A stretch of 64,000 nucleotides of DNA from the NCBI GenBank assembly GCA_964106915.2, contig OZ066916.1. One strand, 5' to 3'. This document shows, in pieces, positions 41,233 to 57,289 of the stretch. A model generated the notes under the pieces. The model made no database searches. It was not told the DNA's origin and saw only the letters and a program-made list of their open reading frames with translations. How positions within the stretch are numbered: the first letter of the stretch is position 1; each line of letters begins with the position of its first letter. Source of the DNA: Podarcis gaigeae (Eukaryota). A program made the position numbers and the translations under genes.

Positions 41233-42402
41233 TGGAAGATTTAAGTGTTTCCTACCCCACCTTTACTAGAAGAAGAATTGATTGACTCTACATGCATTTC
41301 CTGAATGGATCACTAAAGGGTGAACAGATGGGATTTCATACAACATAATCCTAAGCATAAAAACAGGTATACAAGATTAGAATGAATTTTTAAAATAAAA
41401 ACTACCAAATTATGAAACTTTCATTAAATATTCCAATTAACACATATTTGATCTTATTTCCAACATAGCAGTTAGCTTTGGGTCCCAAATACAAATATAA
41501 GCTTGAAAAAATAGGTTAACATTTACTGTACCTAAAGTAACATTTCTAATGTTTTAAAATTTCCTGTTTTCTAGTTTATACTAACTAGGTTCAGGTTACC
41601 ATTCTGTGTAACACATGAAATCAGTCACTTGCAAAACTGCAGAACTACTTTTCCAATCTCTTTAAATATACTTCTGTTATTAAACATTTAAGAATAATTG
41701 TCCTACTGAATGCCTCAAAATATACGCCCATGAAGTACTGTTTTTAATCACTGTTACACTGCCTCTTCTGTTATTTAAATGATTTCTTACATTTTGTGCA
41801 TTCTCTCAACAATGCTTTGCCTTTATCTAGTGACCCAAGTATATAGACTTTGCAAAAATATCAATACAGAATATTTTTTTGACAAATTTCCAGTTCCTTC
41901 ATTTACTTAAACTAAAGTTATCCTCTAGACCAAAATATATTTACGCATGTTTCTTCAATGTCTATCTTAAACTATTCAAACTAGAGGAAATCCATTCTCA
42001 GTGTTCAAGTTTTGCTTTAGCTTAGACAAGAAAATTTTATAGACTATAGCTGGGACCTAGAAATACTTGAACTATTTATGCAAGGGATATGGGACTGCTA
42101 CCCTAGAGCATCTCACTAACTTAAGAGTGGGTTTCAAAGTATGGAATAGACTGGTGCTTAAAAGGGGAGAACGAAAATCCCCTGTGCATGTACAGCAGCT
42201 TGGATCCCAGCCTAAGTATTTTCTTTTCTTTTCTTTTCTTTTCTTTTTTTGCATTCCATAACTGTTTGTCAATTCATCTTTCTTAATCTCATTGTTTTTA
42301 TTTCCCTTCTTAAATTTCTTTCTTTCCTTTATGCTATATATAGAGAGAGTGCGTACACGCGCATTTAACAGCCTTTATGGACCTTTATATTCAGTCTCTT
42401 AC

Positions 42403-42479
42403 CTAGAACTGCCATCACTGTGCCATGCTTTCCTCTCGTCTTCAGATGTTCCTCCACTTGCAACAACTACTTCTCCCTC
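42403..42479 (-). CDS. PHIP: PHIP exon 22
   Basis: EGEVVVASGGTSEDERKAWHSDGSS. Confidence 0.92.
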
Positions 42480-42922
42480 CTAAGAGCAAGGGAATATAAT
42501 GTTTATCCACATAATACAAACATCATATATTATATATGTGTGTGTGTGTGTCCAATAATATTTCTTCTAAGAAATATTAGTTGGGTTGGGTCTAGACTTG
42601 TCCCCTGTGAGCAAAGGGCTCCTTCTGTTCACAAAGGCAGAATTAGCTTCCAGCAGAGGTCCCTTTGCTGTAGATCCCTCTCCAATTTTCATCTACTACT
42701 CCCTGCACTCCCCCACCCACATGCTGTTTCCTGGAAGAAGGGCCTGGCTGCTGGACATGATGAGCAGGAGCCCTCCACACTGCAGCACTGCCTTGCTATA
42801 GCAAGTATGTCAATTTTGATGCATGCAACTTAAATGTCACACAAAAATGTTGACCCACCACCAACATAAACCTGAATGAATGCTACTGTCACCGTCCCAT
42901 AAAATATGATTCAGTGTCTTAC

Positions 42923-43063
42923 TTCTGAGGAACTGCTTCCTTTTTCCGCATCTTCATTTGGCCTGGCAGTTTCTTCCAGTGCATATCTAGTACGGTAGTT
43001 ATGTTGGTTGGCCTGTTGCTTTTTTGAATCACCAACATCTAACAGATGATCATGAGAATGATT
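42923..43063 (-). CDS. PHIP: PHIP exon 21
   Basis: [47 protein letters not shown]. Confidence 0.9.
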
Positions 43064-43900
43064 CTAGGAAGACACAAAATGGCCATTACAAGAAGATACA
43101 CAAGAAGTCACTGTTTCCAAATTCTTTTTGATGAACGATCTTAACATGTAGATTGAATTTTTGAACAGATTTATCTTTATATGGTTTTTATGATATAGAA
43201 GATCAGGATGAAGCAACTGCAACATTTTATCTAAGTATACTAATGTAGGGTTCTGCTTGGAGCAACTAATCCAGCTCACATACTGCTACAACATCCTAGG
43301 GCATGTTGAATTTTTCAACTTTCAAATTCAAAAAATGAGAGGTACTAAAAAGTGGTAACCCGACTTGGAAATTCAAAAATATTTTTGTTAAATTAATATA
43401 ATTTAGTTTTGCTTGGTAAGTAAAATGTGTGTAGAAGTGGACAGAAATCAGTAAAAATAATTTCCAAGTACTTGCAGTTATATTATATATTAATATTATT
43501 TAGCATTCACATGTAGTTAAATTTTCAGAAAATAAAATTAAAATTATTTGGTTTTCCAAAAGCAATTTATGTGCTTCTTCATCAAAAATAACCAGATTTG
43601 AATTCCTCACACCAAAAGCATATTTTAAAGACCCCCTTCATAGAAGAAATTTGCAAAAAAAAAAAAATCACCCCTAAAAAGCCATGCCCTACTATCCCAT
43701 ATACCCTCAGCTTTCCCGAAGATCTGCCTTGCTATGGTTGAAATCCTGTTCTACCTTATATCAGACTTCTATCCCAATTATATTTGAGTCTACCCAGCAA
43801 TAATTCCTACTGATTGCAATGAGGCTTAGTTGCAAGTAATTCTGTTGAGGGCTGTACCTTTCATGAGGGACTGCATTAGAGACAATGGTCCACTGCTTAC

Positions 43901-44024
43901 CTTAGGTAAAGATGGTATTTTATTCTCTCTAGGAACATGAGGGATAATGTGTTTTCTTTTCTCTTCTGACCTGTATAACTTGATTTCTTCTTCTCCCTTT
44001 GCTGTTCTCCATTCCTCCTGCCTA
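43901..44024 (-). CDS. PHIP: PHIP exon 20
   Basis: [25 protein letters not shown]... Confidence 0.9.
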
Positions 44025-44861
44025 CTACAAAAGAGAAATTTAGATACTAATGTGCACGTATTTTACAGTATAATTCTACATGAAGTAGAATTACAAGGTG
44101 CATGCAATTTCTGGAGAAGAGGCCATGTGCCCACACACTTCAATATGTTCCATGTTTGACAACGTAGGACTCCAAAGTAGTTATGCCAACATAAATCAAC
44201 AACTCCTTCTGCAGTTTTAAAATAGCATACCAAAAATTTTAATCCCCTCAAAAGGTGAAAAAGATGATAGATCTGTACACACATTTATTCATATTCACAA
44301 AACTGAACAATTTTGTAATGAACATTTTAGAGTTCTAAAATGTTAAGTCCAAGGAATGCATGCCAACTTCTGGCTCACAGAATTAACCCACATTTTAAAA
44401 TTAACCCATATTTTAAAAATAGGTGATCCCCCCCCCCCGTGTCATAAAGATGAACTTTTAACAGTACCATAGAATATCTCTTTCTGCAACATTGAATAGA
44501 TACAGTAAAATATAAATAATGATTAATTCAAGGCTAGATGTTCAGGACCCTAATGGTGCAGATTCTCCGGAACCAACATGGGTGATAGGTTTTTTTGTTT
44601 TAAAGGTGACCACTAAGGGTATAATAGATATACTCCAGGCACAGCAAGTGAAAGAAGAGATTCTGTATCTGCAGCCATTCCTCCAATAATAAATTTGGGA
44701 ATACTGCTTGTTATATGGATTTAAAAGAAAAGCAAAAGCATCCTATGAAAACTGATACCAGTTTGGGGCTTTTAAATGAAATATGTACAAATAACTTCCA
44801 AGGTTAATTGTAAGCCTAGCTATTCAAACTTAGCAACTTGATACCAAGATACTTGAATTTA

Positions 44862-45104
<243 letters not shown>

Positions 45105-46049
45105 TTAATGGCTTAGAACCTAATTCCTGTGAACAAACTCACTCACAGCATGTTACTGCTGGCAGAAAGGGGGATTTTCCCATCTCCCCACAGTCCAGCT
45201 CAAAAGTTGGCTACAGAGATTTGGGAACCCCCCCAGAAGAGTGTGAAAAGTGGTACTGAAAGCCATACGAGAGAATCAGGAAAAATCACCTTCCCAGCTC
45301 AAGATCCTTTGCTGAAACTGAACCCCTTCCACAGACAGAATATTTGTTCTGTTCACAGAAATACAACTCAGGATCCCAAGCAAGAAAATTACATGTAGAT
45401 TAAAAATACAATTTCTAAATATAGTTAGGTAGCTTGGCAATCTGAATTAACCCCTCATATAAAGCACTACTGTAAGTCCACTATATTCAACTAATTAAGG
45501 CTGTAAACTGTAAAATGGGTGCCACTATTGCCTTCTTCAGGTGTTACAATGATTGAACACATGAAGGGAGCCAGCAGAAATTAGCACCCTACTTCTGCTG
45601 CCCCCTCTAGATTGTGAAAATCTGAAGCACAGAACCTCCTGTACTATTCTGTATTACTCTTGTACAAGAGACTCCCCACACAATGCAAATTTTTATTTTC
45701 CAGGGATCTAAAATGCATGGGGAACCTTCACGAGCAGAAGGCTCTCTGCTGCAAACAGTCATGGCAACATGGCATGAAACTTGAGTGCTCATCCGTACTA
45801 CCCTCCGCGTGAGTTCACTCCACTCCTTATTTTAATGTCTGAAGACAGCTTGTGTAACTCCCTTAAGCTTTCCTGCTAGTTGCAATTTGATGAAGTTCCT
45901 TGGTTTAAAAACAAATGCATTTTATTACTGTAAAGTGATGAAAGACATTATTGTTGTGCTCAAGTGCCCTCTTTCCATAAATGTGATATACTGAATGGAG
46001 GCAAGTCAGATCCTGCTTATTTGGCTATTTAAATAAGGAGTTATTTTAC

Positions 46050-46175
46050 CCCGGCCAACTCTGTTAGTGTTGCTAGTTCCAGCCTCTCCTGATCGCCTTT
46101 GATCTTGCTCTTGTTGAAGTCTCTGTATCATGCTGTCCAAGGGGCTAACTTGCTGACTCAAAACCTGGTTCAGTC
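46050..46175 (-). CDS. PHIP: PHIP exon 18
   Basis: [32 protein letters not shown]... Confidence 0.9.
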
Positions 46176-46399
46176 CTATGAAAAGCAGAATTTGAATTTA
46201 GTTCTTTAGCTGATCCATAATTTCTCAATAACTATTAGAAGTATTGGAATATTAGCAAGTGATTCCCCTTTGCATTAAAGGTAGTTGGAGGTTATGAACG
46301 TGAAATTGCTCCTTTATTAGTGATAATTAATAATAATGCTGGAAAACAATTAACATTAACTCATTGCTTTTCCCATATGCACACCACTCTGTGCATTTA

Positions 46400-46744
<345 letters not shown>

Positions 46745-46975
46745 TTAAATTATAGACAAAACTAGTATTTCATTGTTATTTGCAGCTCTTTCCTATTATT
46801 ATTTTAAGAGTCAACTTCAGAAGAGCCATAAAGCACTAGCAAGCTACAGAAACACTTGTGTTCCTATTTAGGTACAAATAGGAAAAGCTATTTAAATAGG
46901 AAACAGGAAAAGCTACATAAATGCAGGAGTATCTGGATATAAACCAGAGTCAGTTTGGATGGCCATGGTAAGTTA

Positions 46976-47161
<186 letters not shown>

Positions 47162-49871
47162 CTAAAATACAACAACACACAATATCAACAAACTTCTAAC
47201 CAAAGTTGTCATATTATTTTCAAACACATGACAAACCTATTTTTAAAAGGAAATATGCTGTTAGATGAAAATTACATTCAGCGTGGTTTATTTTTTTATA
47301 TCACTTGTAAGCAAAGTCAAATATACCATTCATTAAACAATACTACATTTCCTGCCTTCTGACATTTTAAGAAAAAATATAAGGTTACTCAACTAAGTTT
47401 AAACTGTCTTTCATATAGTTATTTTTAAGGAGGATATACATTTTCCTCCACTATATTATCAATAAAGACAAAGCTGTAATCCTAATATTCTATTGTTAGG
47501 AAGCAAGTCGCATTTGAAGATACTTCTAAGTAAACATGTTTAGGATCAGGCTATTAATGTAACTATCATTAAAAGCTGCAATAAAAATTAGTTTACAACA
47601 TGGGAACAAAAGTATTTGACAGTTGCCCTTTGGTCTCATTTCATGACTAAGTGCTAAATTAGTTCTTGGCCCTTCTTGCAAAACACAATGAATTCCGTAT
47701 ATTTAAAGCACTTGCCCAATTGTTGCCACTGCAATAAGGATATTTGAACTAGTTGCTTTTTACTTCCAACCTGAACACCGTATTTGATTGATTGCAACTC
47801 ATATAAAGAACTGCAAATATTTTTTAAAAGAATTTACCTGATACTCATTTTCAGGTTTTCCACTTCCATTAATCCAGAACAAATGGGTTTTTGTTTTTCC
47901 CTGAAACCTGTCAACCAAGCACAGGTGACCAATCACCACTCTGAACTTTCATGCCCTATGTACTCTACCAATATTCCCAGTTGCAAAATAATTTCAGTGG
48001 CACTTAAGCGCAAAACACTTTCACCTAACCATGGCAAGGCAAGCGAGGAAATGGGGTTCCCTTCCACAAATAAGAGCTAGCTGAACCTTGCATTCTCTGA
48101 AGAAAGAGAATGATAAATAGTCCTATTTCTCATCAAGAAAATAAGGTACAGAGGTTGTCTTGATTAGTGTATACAGCATAGCGGGCCCAGAGATTATGGT
48201 GTAACTCCATGCTCTTCAAAATTCTAGATGTGCTTCAGAATCAGTAAACAAGAAGTCATAGTAATAAACATATTACCTGACAGTAAATTCCATTTAGTCC
48301 AAATAGAATTTACTTCAAAACAACAGGAGAAAAGCATTTACTATTCTATCCGGAAAGGAGTCAAAGAAGGGGTTGTTGAATAGGATAAGCAACCTTTATT
48401 AAAGATAGCTACATAAATTTTGTATCAACTCAAGCTCTCTATTGGTACAATTTTTAGTCTTTGATATCAAAGAGAAAGGAGGTTGGACCCTTTTGTATCA
48501 TGGGAAGAGAGAAAGTTCCACAGCACAAGCTCAAAAATGCATTTGTGCTAACAATGCCTGCGATGGATACAGCCTTGTATCTCACGTCAGTTGCTATTCA
48601 AACGTTCAGTGCTATAAGACTTACAAGTTTGTCTACAAATCTGTTAAACAGAATTAGTTTACGTAGAATAGTCATCTGACTACCAGTTTAGTAGTTTTTC
48701 TTAACACAACATTCAGAGCCTGATCCTATACATGTTTACTTGAAAGAAAGTCCTGATTTCAACAGGATCTAATCCCCAATAAGGGGAATCTAATTAATAG
48801 TGCAGGCTTAGGGTTGGAAAAGTGGCAGATGCTGAAAAGGTGTGCTGGAAGTACTGAACAGCAGTAGAGATGTGAAATACTTAATTTTAAAATTAAGACT
48901 AGATTTTCAACAACCTGGATAGTCGTCTGCTACACTTAACAGCAAAATGGTGTGTGATAACCACAACTACTAACAGAAGCACCCTAAAAGATCACGAGGC
49001 AACTTTTGGTTTGCACTGGCTCAGTTTTATCTATTCTTTTATACAACACTATCTTCAGCAAGAGACAACAACTGAAAAATGCAAGGGATTTACTGAATGA
49101 GCATGAGATGTGGAATAATCACGAGTATCACAAACCTTAATCTCTGCTTGATTTACAGTTTACAAGAACCCATTTGCTCTGAATTAGTAGATAGTATCAT
49201 ACTATCCAAAGAGAGTCTAGGCAAAAAGAATTCAATTATAACATTTCAATAAATCTCAAGTGCTCTTTTAAAGTTGGATTTCACCACAGAGTTTAGAAAT
49301 GAGTAATATTAGTATGTGAAGGATTCCCCTTAATTGTCATGTTCAAAGCAGCAACTGTATACAAACAATGTTCCTGTTACAAGGTATAAAGGAAGTGGTC
49401 CCAATTCCTTCATACAGCAATTTTATAAATAGCTATTGGCAAAGAATAACTGTTCCAGGCAACTGGACCACAGCCACATTCAGATGATCATACTTCTGCT
49501 AAATAAACGAAGATATCAACAACCCCTTTGTCAGTGTACACAGCCCCTTCATGCGAGCCATAATTAAACCAGGAAATACCAAAACAATAATTGCTTCTTG
49601 CTTTGTCTGAACTGGGAAACTATGACTACCAGTTTCAGAACAACCCAGGATCTTAAACCATGTTCTGAATTAGATTTATGATCCTGGTTTGTTCCAAAGC
49701 TGGTAACCACCATTTCCCAGTTTGCACAGAATAGAAAACTATGTTTAGTGTCTGTTTTGCATTTAGGCACAGCAAGAAGGGAAGAGCACGTGAGCATGGC
49801 CAAAAGGCTCATTTGTATCTTGGTCCATTGAGCAGGTAAGCATCTTAGTGAGCTTCTTTGTTCATCTGGTA

Positions 49872-50105
49872 CAGTCGTACCTTGGTTTTCGAACAGCTTA
49901 GTTCTCAAACATTTTGGATCCTGAACGCCGCAAACCTAGAAATGACTGTTCAGGTTTGCGAACTATTTTTGGAAGCCCAATGTCCAATGGGACTTCCGTG
50001 ACTTCCAATTGGCTGCAAGAGCTTCCTGCAGCCAATAAGAAGCCATGCTTTAGAAGTCGAACTGACTTCCGGAACAGATTCTGTTCGACTTCCAAGGTAC
50101 GACTG
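49872..50105. mobile_element. Tc1/mariner (Tigger-like) MITE
   Basis: TA-CAGTCGTACCTTGG ... CCAAGGTACGACTG-TA. Confidence 0.85.
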
Positions 50106-50848
50106 TATATACCTTCTTGGTATGCCTGAATGACATGAGACCAACTCATTTCAACATGCTATCTTATATACTACATTTCCATTTGCAAGATTGGGCAGAG
50201 GCCCAGTTTACTTAATGATATCAGGAAAATAAGCTGCAGCTCCCTCCTCTTTGCACTCCTCACTTCCAATATCACAGCAAATGTTTCCTGTTACACCTCA
50301 ACTCAGAAACGCTGGTTTAATTTCTGCTTAATGATCTAGATATAGCACCATGTCACCAACATCAATCTGCACATTTGTGCTGTTACATGTGATCATCACC
50401 AGGCCCCAAAACCTCTATGAATTCCATCAGGGGATACTGCTCTTCATTCTCTTTCTATAAAATCTAATCTTTCAAGTCATGTTCAAGTCATGTTCCTAAT
50501 TACTTAAGTTTGCCCAAACCTGATCCAACTATGGACCAGATTTGGACAGACTAGTGATGGGCTGACACAACATCATCAAACAATCCTGACTGGAAAAAAA
50601 TCCTCAAGTGATGAATAGGTGCTCCAGTTGAGATGTAATTGTGATAATGAATAAAGTGGATCAACACCATATTCTTGGTTTCAGATTTAAGTGACTAAGC
50701 AGCAATTAGTTTTTAAATCACCTATCCAATGTACATACATTAATAAGTCTAGAAAAATGTAAAGTATCAGCACAATAGTGTTCACATTACTAATCTGTCT
50801 TTATTATGGATGCATCTATAATAAGTATATACCACATACTTGATTTCA

Positions 50849-51079
<231 letters not shown>

Positions 51080-51100
51080 CTAAACCGAACATGTTAAATC

Positions 51101-51236
51101 CAATTATTTAACATGTAGCAAGTTCCAAGCATTCACTTCGCCAAATCCCATACAATGACATTTTCATCATGGCCATGATGAGATTCCTTACCATTTCAAA
51201 GAATCCTGATTTAGCATTACGTAAAAACCAGGAATC
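51101..51236 (-). other. PHIP: Diverged duplicate of PHIP exon 15 in intron 14, containing a candidate 45-nt cassette exon (51192-51236)
   Basis: Encodes HGHDENVIVWDLAK* (exon 15: [15 protein letters not shown]); ACAG|45 nt|GTAAGG at its 5' part. Confidence 0.65.
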
Positions 51237-51597
51237 CTGTTATAAAGTTGGCTTGTTTAGCAACTAATAATAGATTCTTATCTATTATTATTAAATCCAA
51301 TTTGTTTGAAACTGAGAGTGATCTCAGAAGCAGTTTTCTTCCTGGCCATACAAAAAGTGGATGAAATAGAGAGGCACTCACTGAAGCTCAACTACATAAC
51401 ACTAAACCATAGTTTAGTATTACATGCAAACCAGTCCATTAGAATCTATAATATTTCCAACGCTTCCACGCTCCAAAAATTTGTTCTCCTATCTTGCACA
51501 ATCAATATTTTAAACAATCTGAAACAATTAAAAATGTATATACAACAGAAGAATTTCAGTAGGAAGCCACAGCAATGCTATATAAAGAGGAATGTTA

Positions 51598-51804
<207 letters not shown>

Positions 51805-52425
51805 TCAGAAACTGTCAATTTTTCAGGAGTGCAAAGATTATTTTTAGAGATTTGGTCAACTTGAAAGTTGTCATGATCCTTTCACACAGTCACTAGGTAC
51901 TAGATGCAAAGAGACTGCATAATAAAGTTGAACATTAAAAAAACACAGGTGGCTGAAAATTATTATCTCTGTTGCTTGAACAGTGAGAAGGTAAATCAAT
52001 GACCACCAGCATTCTCAGAAGTGCCATTATTCCTTGGCCTGGGAAAAACAAGAAACCTAGAGATGGATTTCACTGCCAGACCATAACTCCACTTAATTGA
52101 TTCCAATACCCACCAGTTTCAGGTAGACTGTTCCCATCCGTAGCAGTTCTAAAAACTAAAGATTGCCTACATTGGTGCTCTCGGTGTATTTTGAGGTATT
52201 ACTACAGAAGTGCTGGATCTGCATTGAAATTTACAAAAAGCCCAAAAGGTCCCTAGCAGGACTGAAAGGAACTATGTGATGAAAATAGCTCATGCCTTCT
52301 AAATGGGGATGAGAGCATTGAGCCTGGGAATTTCTGCACACGAAACATCTGCATAATGCTGGGTACCCCTGAACCCCTTACTACAGTAGATGATACCTAA
52401 ACATAAATAAGATCAAAATGGCTTA

Positions 52426-52557
<132 letters not shown>

Positions 52558-52721
52558 TCACAAGCAAAACAGTTTTTTGCAATGCTTTCTCTACAGATCA
52601 TATTGCAATCTAGTAATACTTTTAAGTGCACTAGTCTATTTATGGTTTCTTGAATTCTTGACTAACAATGTTAGATGGAATCTGCAGCACATACACAAAG
52701 TGCTGTGTAACGAGAACAATA

Positions 52722-52825
52722 CTGCAATCCTATACACGCCTACTCAGAAGTAGACCAATGCTCAGCAAAGTCCAATGGATTTACTGGAACTTACTCCCTG
52801 GGAAATGTGCTTAGGATTGCAGCCC
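52722..52825. mobile_element. Short squamate fold-back element (tgcaatcct...aggattgca); degenerate relatives near 7335, 12220, 14292, 47474, 48717 and 56258
   Basis: Inverted ends tgcaatccta / taggattgca with internal aagt...actt symmetry, recurring through the window. Confidence 0.5.
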
Positions 52826-53399
52826 AACTTTTATTAACCAACAACCTGAGCCCAATGCCAAAGCTTCCAACCTATATATAATCTGAAGCAGGTGAAGCCA
52901 ATGCTGGTGCCCTCTAGGCGCTGTTGGACTACAGCTACCATTGGATTCAGGCAGCACAGGTAATGGTCAGGCACCAAGCAAAAAGGGCACTAAGGAGAAA
53001 GAATTGCTGGATAACTCAGCTGGAAGAGAGGAATCAAGTAGAGGCAGAACAGAAGCCTGCAGAACACAAGGTCAGGATTATGCAAGAGTTTTTTTAAAAA
53101 ACCATCACATGGTGATGGAGCAAATATTTTTTAAAGCATTTTCCCCTCCCCAGTATATATTTTATCTTCTAAGGGCTGCTCACTTTGTTTGCCAAACCCA
53201 CCTATCCACCCCCGATCACCTTGCCAAAACCATCCCCTCCTGTTACTCCTTATCAAAACCATTCTCCCCCTGCTCACCAGCACACACACCCTTTCAGCTT
53301 GCCATATCCTTAGGCCATGGGTGGGAAATGATTTTGGTTCTATAGGGGTCAAATTTGATAGGCATTCCTTATGATATACACAAATGGTTAAGTTGCTTA

Positions 53400-53651
<252 letters not shown>

Positions 53652-54139
53652 TCATCATCATCGTCATCATCATCATCATAATATTCCATTTCTCAATCTG
53701 ACAATCTTCCATCTCACTTCCCAATGTCTGCTCCAGTGTAATGATCATTGGACAAAAAAATCTTAACACCAAAACAATAATACTTTTACTCAACCACTAT
53801 CCAAATCTATATTGAGATTCAATGTTTCTAGACACAATTATTAGATACTTCACCTGAGCACATATTTTAGTAATTAAGCTTTCATAGGCAGAAGAGGATA
53901 AAGGTACAGTATATCATTTATGTATCATTTAAGAACGTTGCCACTTAATGGAAAATCACAAGTCTTTCTCAGACACTGCTCTCCTTACAAGATGGCCTTC
54001 AACAAATCCTTTGCTTACTGTTTACAATTCAGACATCTAGAACTCAGCATAAGGATGCTACTTAGCAAATTCTACTGCTACATTTTTAAAAGTTATGAAT
54101 ATGTCAATAATACGGGGTTTGAGAGGAGGAGCACTTTAC

Positions 54140-54210
54140 CAGCACTAAAAGATGAGCAGATCATTTGGACTCCAGGTCTTGGACGCTCTGTAAACTTTGT
54201 TGGTCTTGGA
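54140..54210 (-). CDS. PHIP: PHIP exon 10
   Basis: [23 protein letters not shown]. Confidence 0.93.
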
Positions 54211-54594
54211 CTGCAAGGTTAAAACACACAGTTAAAAGCATGAACAGAATCTAAGACAGCAACTGAATTAGTCAGTAGCTCATAAATAAAGGCATTAATC
54301 TAAATGAGAAGGAAGACTTAACTAAAATAGAGTTCATCCTACTCTCTTAGGCTAAGATATATTCTGTCACTGGAAGCTCAGGTTGCCTCAGTGGCTAGAA
54401 CTACCTGCAATTGGTTCAACAGCTACAGCTATTCCTAGACAGGGAAAGTCGAGCCCCAAAAGTTAAAGGATTGGTAATTTCAAGACTCATTGTGGGGTTT
54501 CCCATGTTCTTGATCCAGAAGCTGCAGCTAAAGCAGAACACTGCAGCAGGAATGAGACCTGTCAGCATATAGCACCTGTGTTCAAGAGACCTGC

Positions 54595-54860
54595 ACCAGT
54601 TGCCAGTTTGCTACCAGGCCAAGTTCAAGGTGTTACTGCTAGTATATAAAGCCCTTAACAACTTGGGGCCACTTTACCTGTGAGACCTCCTTACCCCATA
54701 TACACCTACTCAGCAGCTTCAATTTGCAGAACTGGCATATTTACTTTGGAACTCCTTGGCTACTGATATCAGGCATGCACCTTCACTGTACTCTTTGTAC
54801 AAAACATTTTTGTTTAGATAAGTCTACCCAGATATTGAGAATGCTGGTGCATATTTTAAT
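54595..54860 (+). mobile_element. Old L2 LINE fragment
   Basis: ttcaaggtgttactgctagtatataaagcccttaacaacttggggcc encodes an FKVLLLVYKALNNLGP motif typical of the L2 ORF2 C-terminus. Confidence 0.6.
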
Positions 54861-56669
54861 CTGTTTTTAGTTTATTAGTGATCTCTGAGAAAGAGGTTGC
54901 AATCAGCAACCAACTCCATGCAATGTTATTATAGGGGGCAGGAGTAGGGGAGAGTTTTAAAAAAATCAATGATGGCATGGTTTTTTCCTTGCAGTATTTC
55001 ACCAAGTGCTTGTTATAAATCAGAGTCTGATTCATTTCATAATTGCAAAAATCACCATGCTGTGCATCAGAATCCAAGATTTCATTAAATTATTATTATG
55101 ATGCTTTATAATGATGGAAGTAGCTAGGGTGTTTTCTGATACTAAATCTAGACACAAGCCCTAGGCCTGGACAACATGTAGGAAATCTTCTTTAATTATA
55201 TTCCCTGGGCAATATTGTAGGATTCAAATTAGGATAATGAAGCAAACTCCATTGTAACAGAAAAGCAAAATAAAATCTTACTGAAGACAGGTTTTTATAA
55301 CAGTATACGTTTTAGTTCCTTTTACAGGGATCTGAACAGTACTTCTTAGTAATAAAATAAAGGCTGTGATGCATTAGAAACCACATCTGTGTGTTGGGTC
55401 TGGAAAACATATTTTCCAGAGCCATGCCTTTTTATTTCTTTTTGAAAGGACTACAAAGTCATTTCATAAACTGTCTACTCTTTGCCTAGAGCAATTTCAA
55501 ACTTTCCCCTGCACTACAGGTACATTGGTGTTTGTTGCAATAAATATGAAAGATGTGACAGGGAGACAAGTCTCCAAACACACAGTGGGTACATGCCCTA
55601 GAGCTACAGCCACATTGTGAATCCCGGGTATATATCCCAGGCACATTCTCCGAGTATTTCAATAAACAAATCAAGAATCCCATCCTTTCTTATGCTCTAA
55701 TATAGGAGAAAGCCAATCAAGAGTTGCTAACATGAATCAGTGGCCTATTGAAGTCAGTTTCATTAAGAGTATTTCCTGTATAAGAACACATACTATAGTG
55801 GTTAAAAAATGTATTGATTTGCAATTAAACAGATCTGTCATACAGCATAGAAGCACTATCTAAAACCTATGCCCGTGCTACCTACCTACATTTTGCTCTA
55901 TGAAAATGTAGACACATACAATGAGGGTGGAGAACTGAATGTGGCCAAAGGGCTAGATTCTTATCTTCCTCCCTCATGGCCCAATTTGACAGGTGTCTAA
56001 GGCTGCCCATCTGTTAATCACCCAATGTCACAAAGACATCCAGTAGAGTCATTGATTTACCAAAGAGGTTACATTAGTAGCCTTAACATGGATGTTTACA
56101 TTCATCTCAGACATTTTGAAACGTTTTTATAATAAAAAAGATGCTGTAACTGAAATTAGTAAAATAGTAAACAGACTGTGTTTAAATGCTGCACCATCAC
56201 TTCAAATGTAGTAATGGGAGGAGACTTTTGAACGCTAACACTGAAGATTCATGGCTTAGGCAGCAATCCTACACATACTTAACTAGAAGTTTAATTAAAC
56301 TCAATGGGACTTGAATAAGAATAAACTGTAAGTCTATAATCCTAAGAACATCAACCAAGAAGCATGCCTCACTGAAGACAATGTAGCTTACTTATGAATG
56401 AAGAGGCATAGGATTTTTCTGTTATGCTAGTATGAATCCTCTGCTACATTTTATGATATATAGAAAGCAATATAAATTATAATATTAGCACCAACCCACA
56501 CAGAAACAACCTAGGGCAGAATTCTATGGAGCTTCCTCTACTTCTCCTGTCCCCTCCAGACCCCAATGCACACACAAAACCACCTCTGGAGAGTTTGGGG
56601 GGAGGGGAGAGAATAAGAAATGCTCACCAACGCAGGATAGTTTGAGGATACTGCACCAATCCTGATCCG

Positions 56670-57060
56670 ACTTCAATGGCTGCCAATTAGTTTCTGGGCA
56701 CAATTCAAAGTACTGGCTTTGACCTACACAGCCTTAAATGGCTCAGGACCACAATACCTTAAGGATCACCTCTTCCAACATGAACCGACCCAGACGCTGC
56801 AATCATCATCTGAAGCCCTTCTTTGTGTGTCTCCTCCACAAGAGGTCTGAAGGCTGACAACACAAGAATGGGCTTTCTCCAGTGGCTTCCTGTTTGTGGA
56901 ATGCTCTCCCTAGGGAAGCTTCCCTGGTGCCTTCTTTAGACACCAGGCAAAAACCTCCTTCTCCAAGGTCTTTGGCTATTTAAACAATCTATGGCCTTTT
57001 AAACTGAGAGGGGGTATGACCACCCTATGACCCTCAGGTGAAGGGCAGTATATAAATTTT
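56670..57060 (+). mobile_element. L2 LINE 3' fragment
   Basis: QFKVLALTYTALNGSGPQYLKDHL-like ORF2 remnant followed by a 3' tail. Confidence 0.65.
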
Positions 57061-57061
57061 A

Positions 57062-57289
<228 letters not shown>

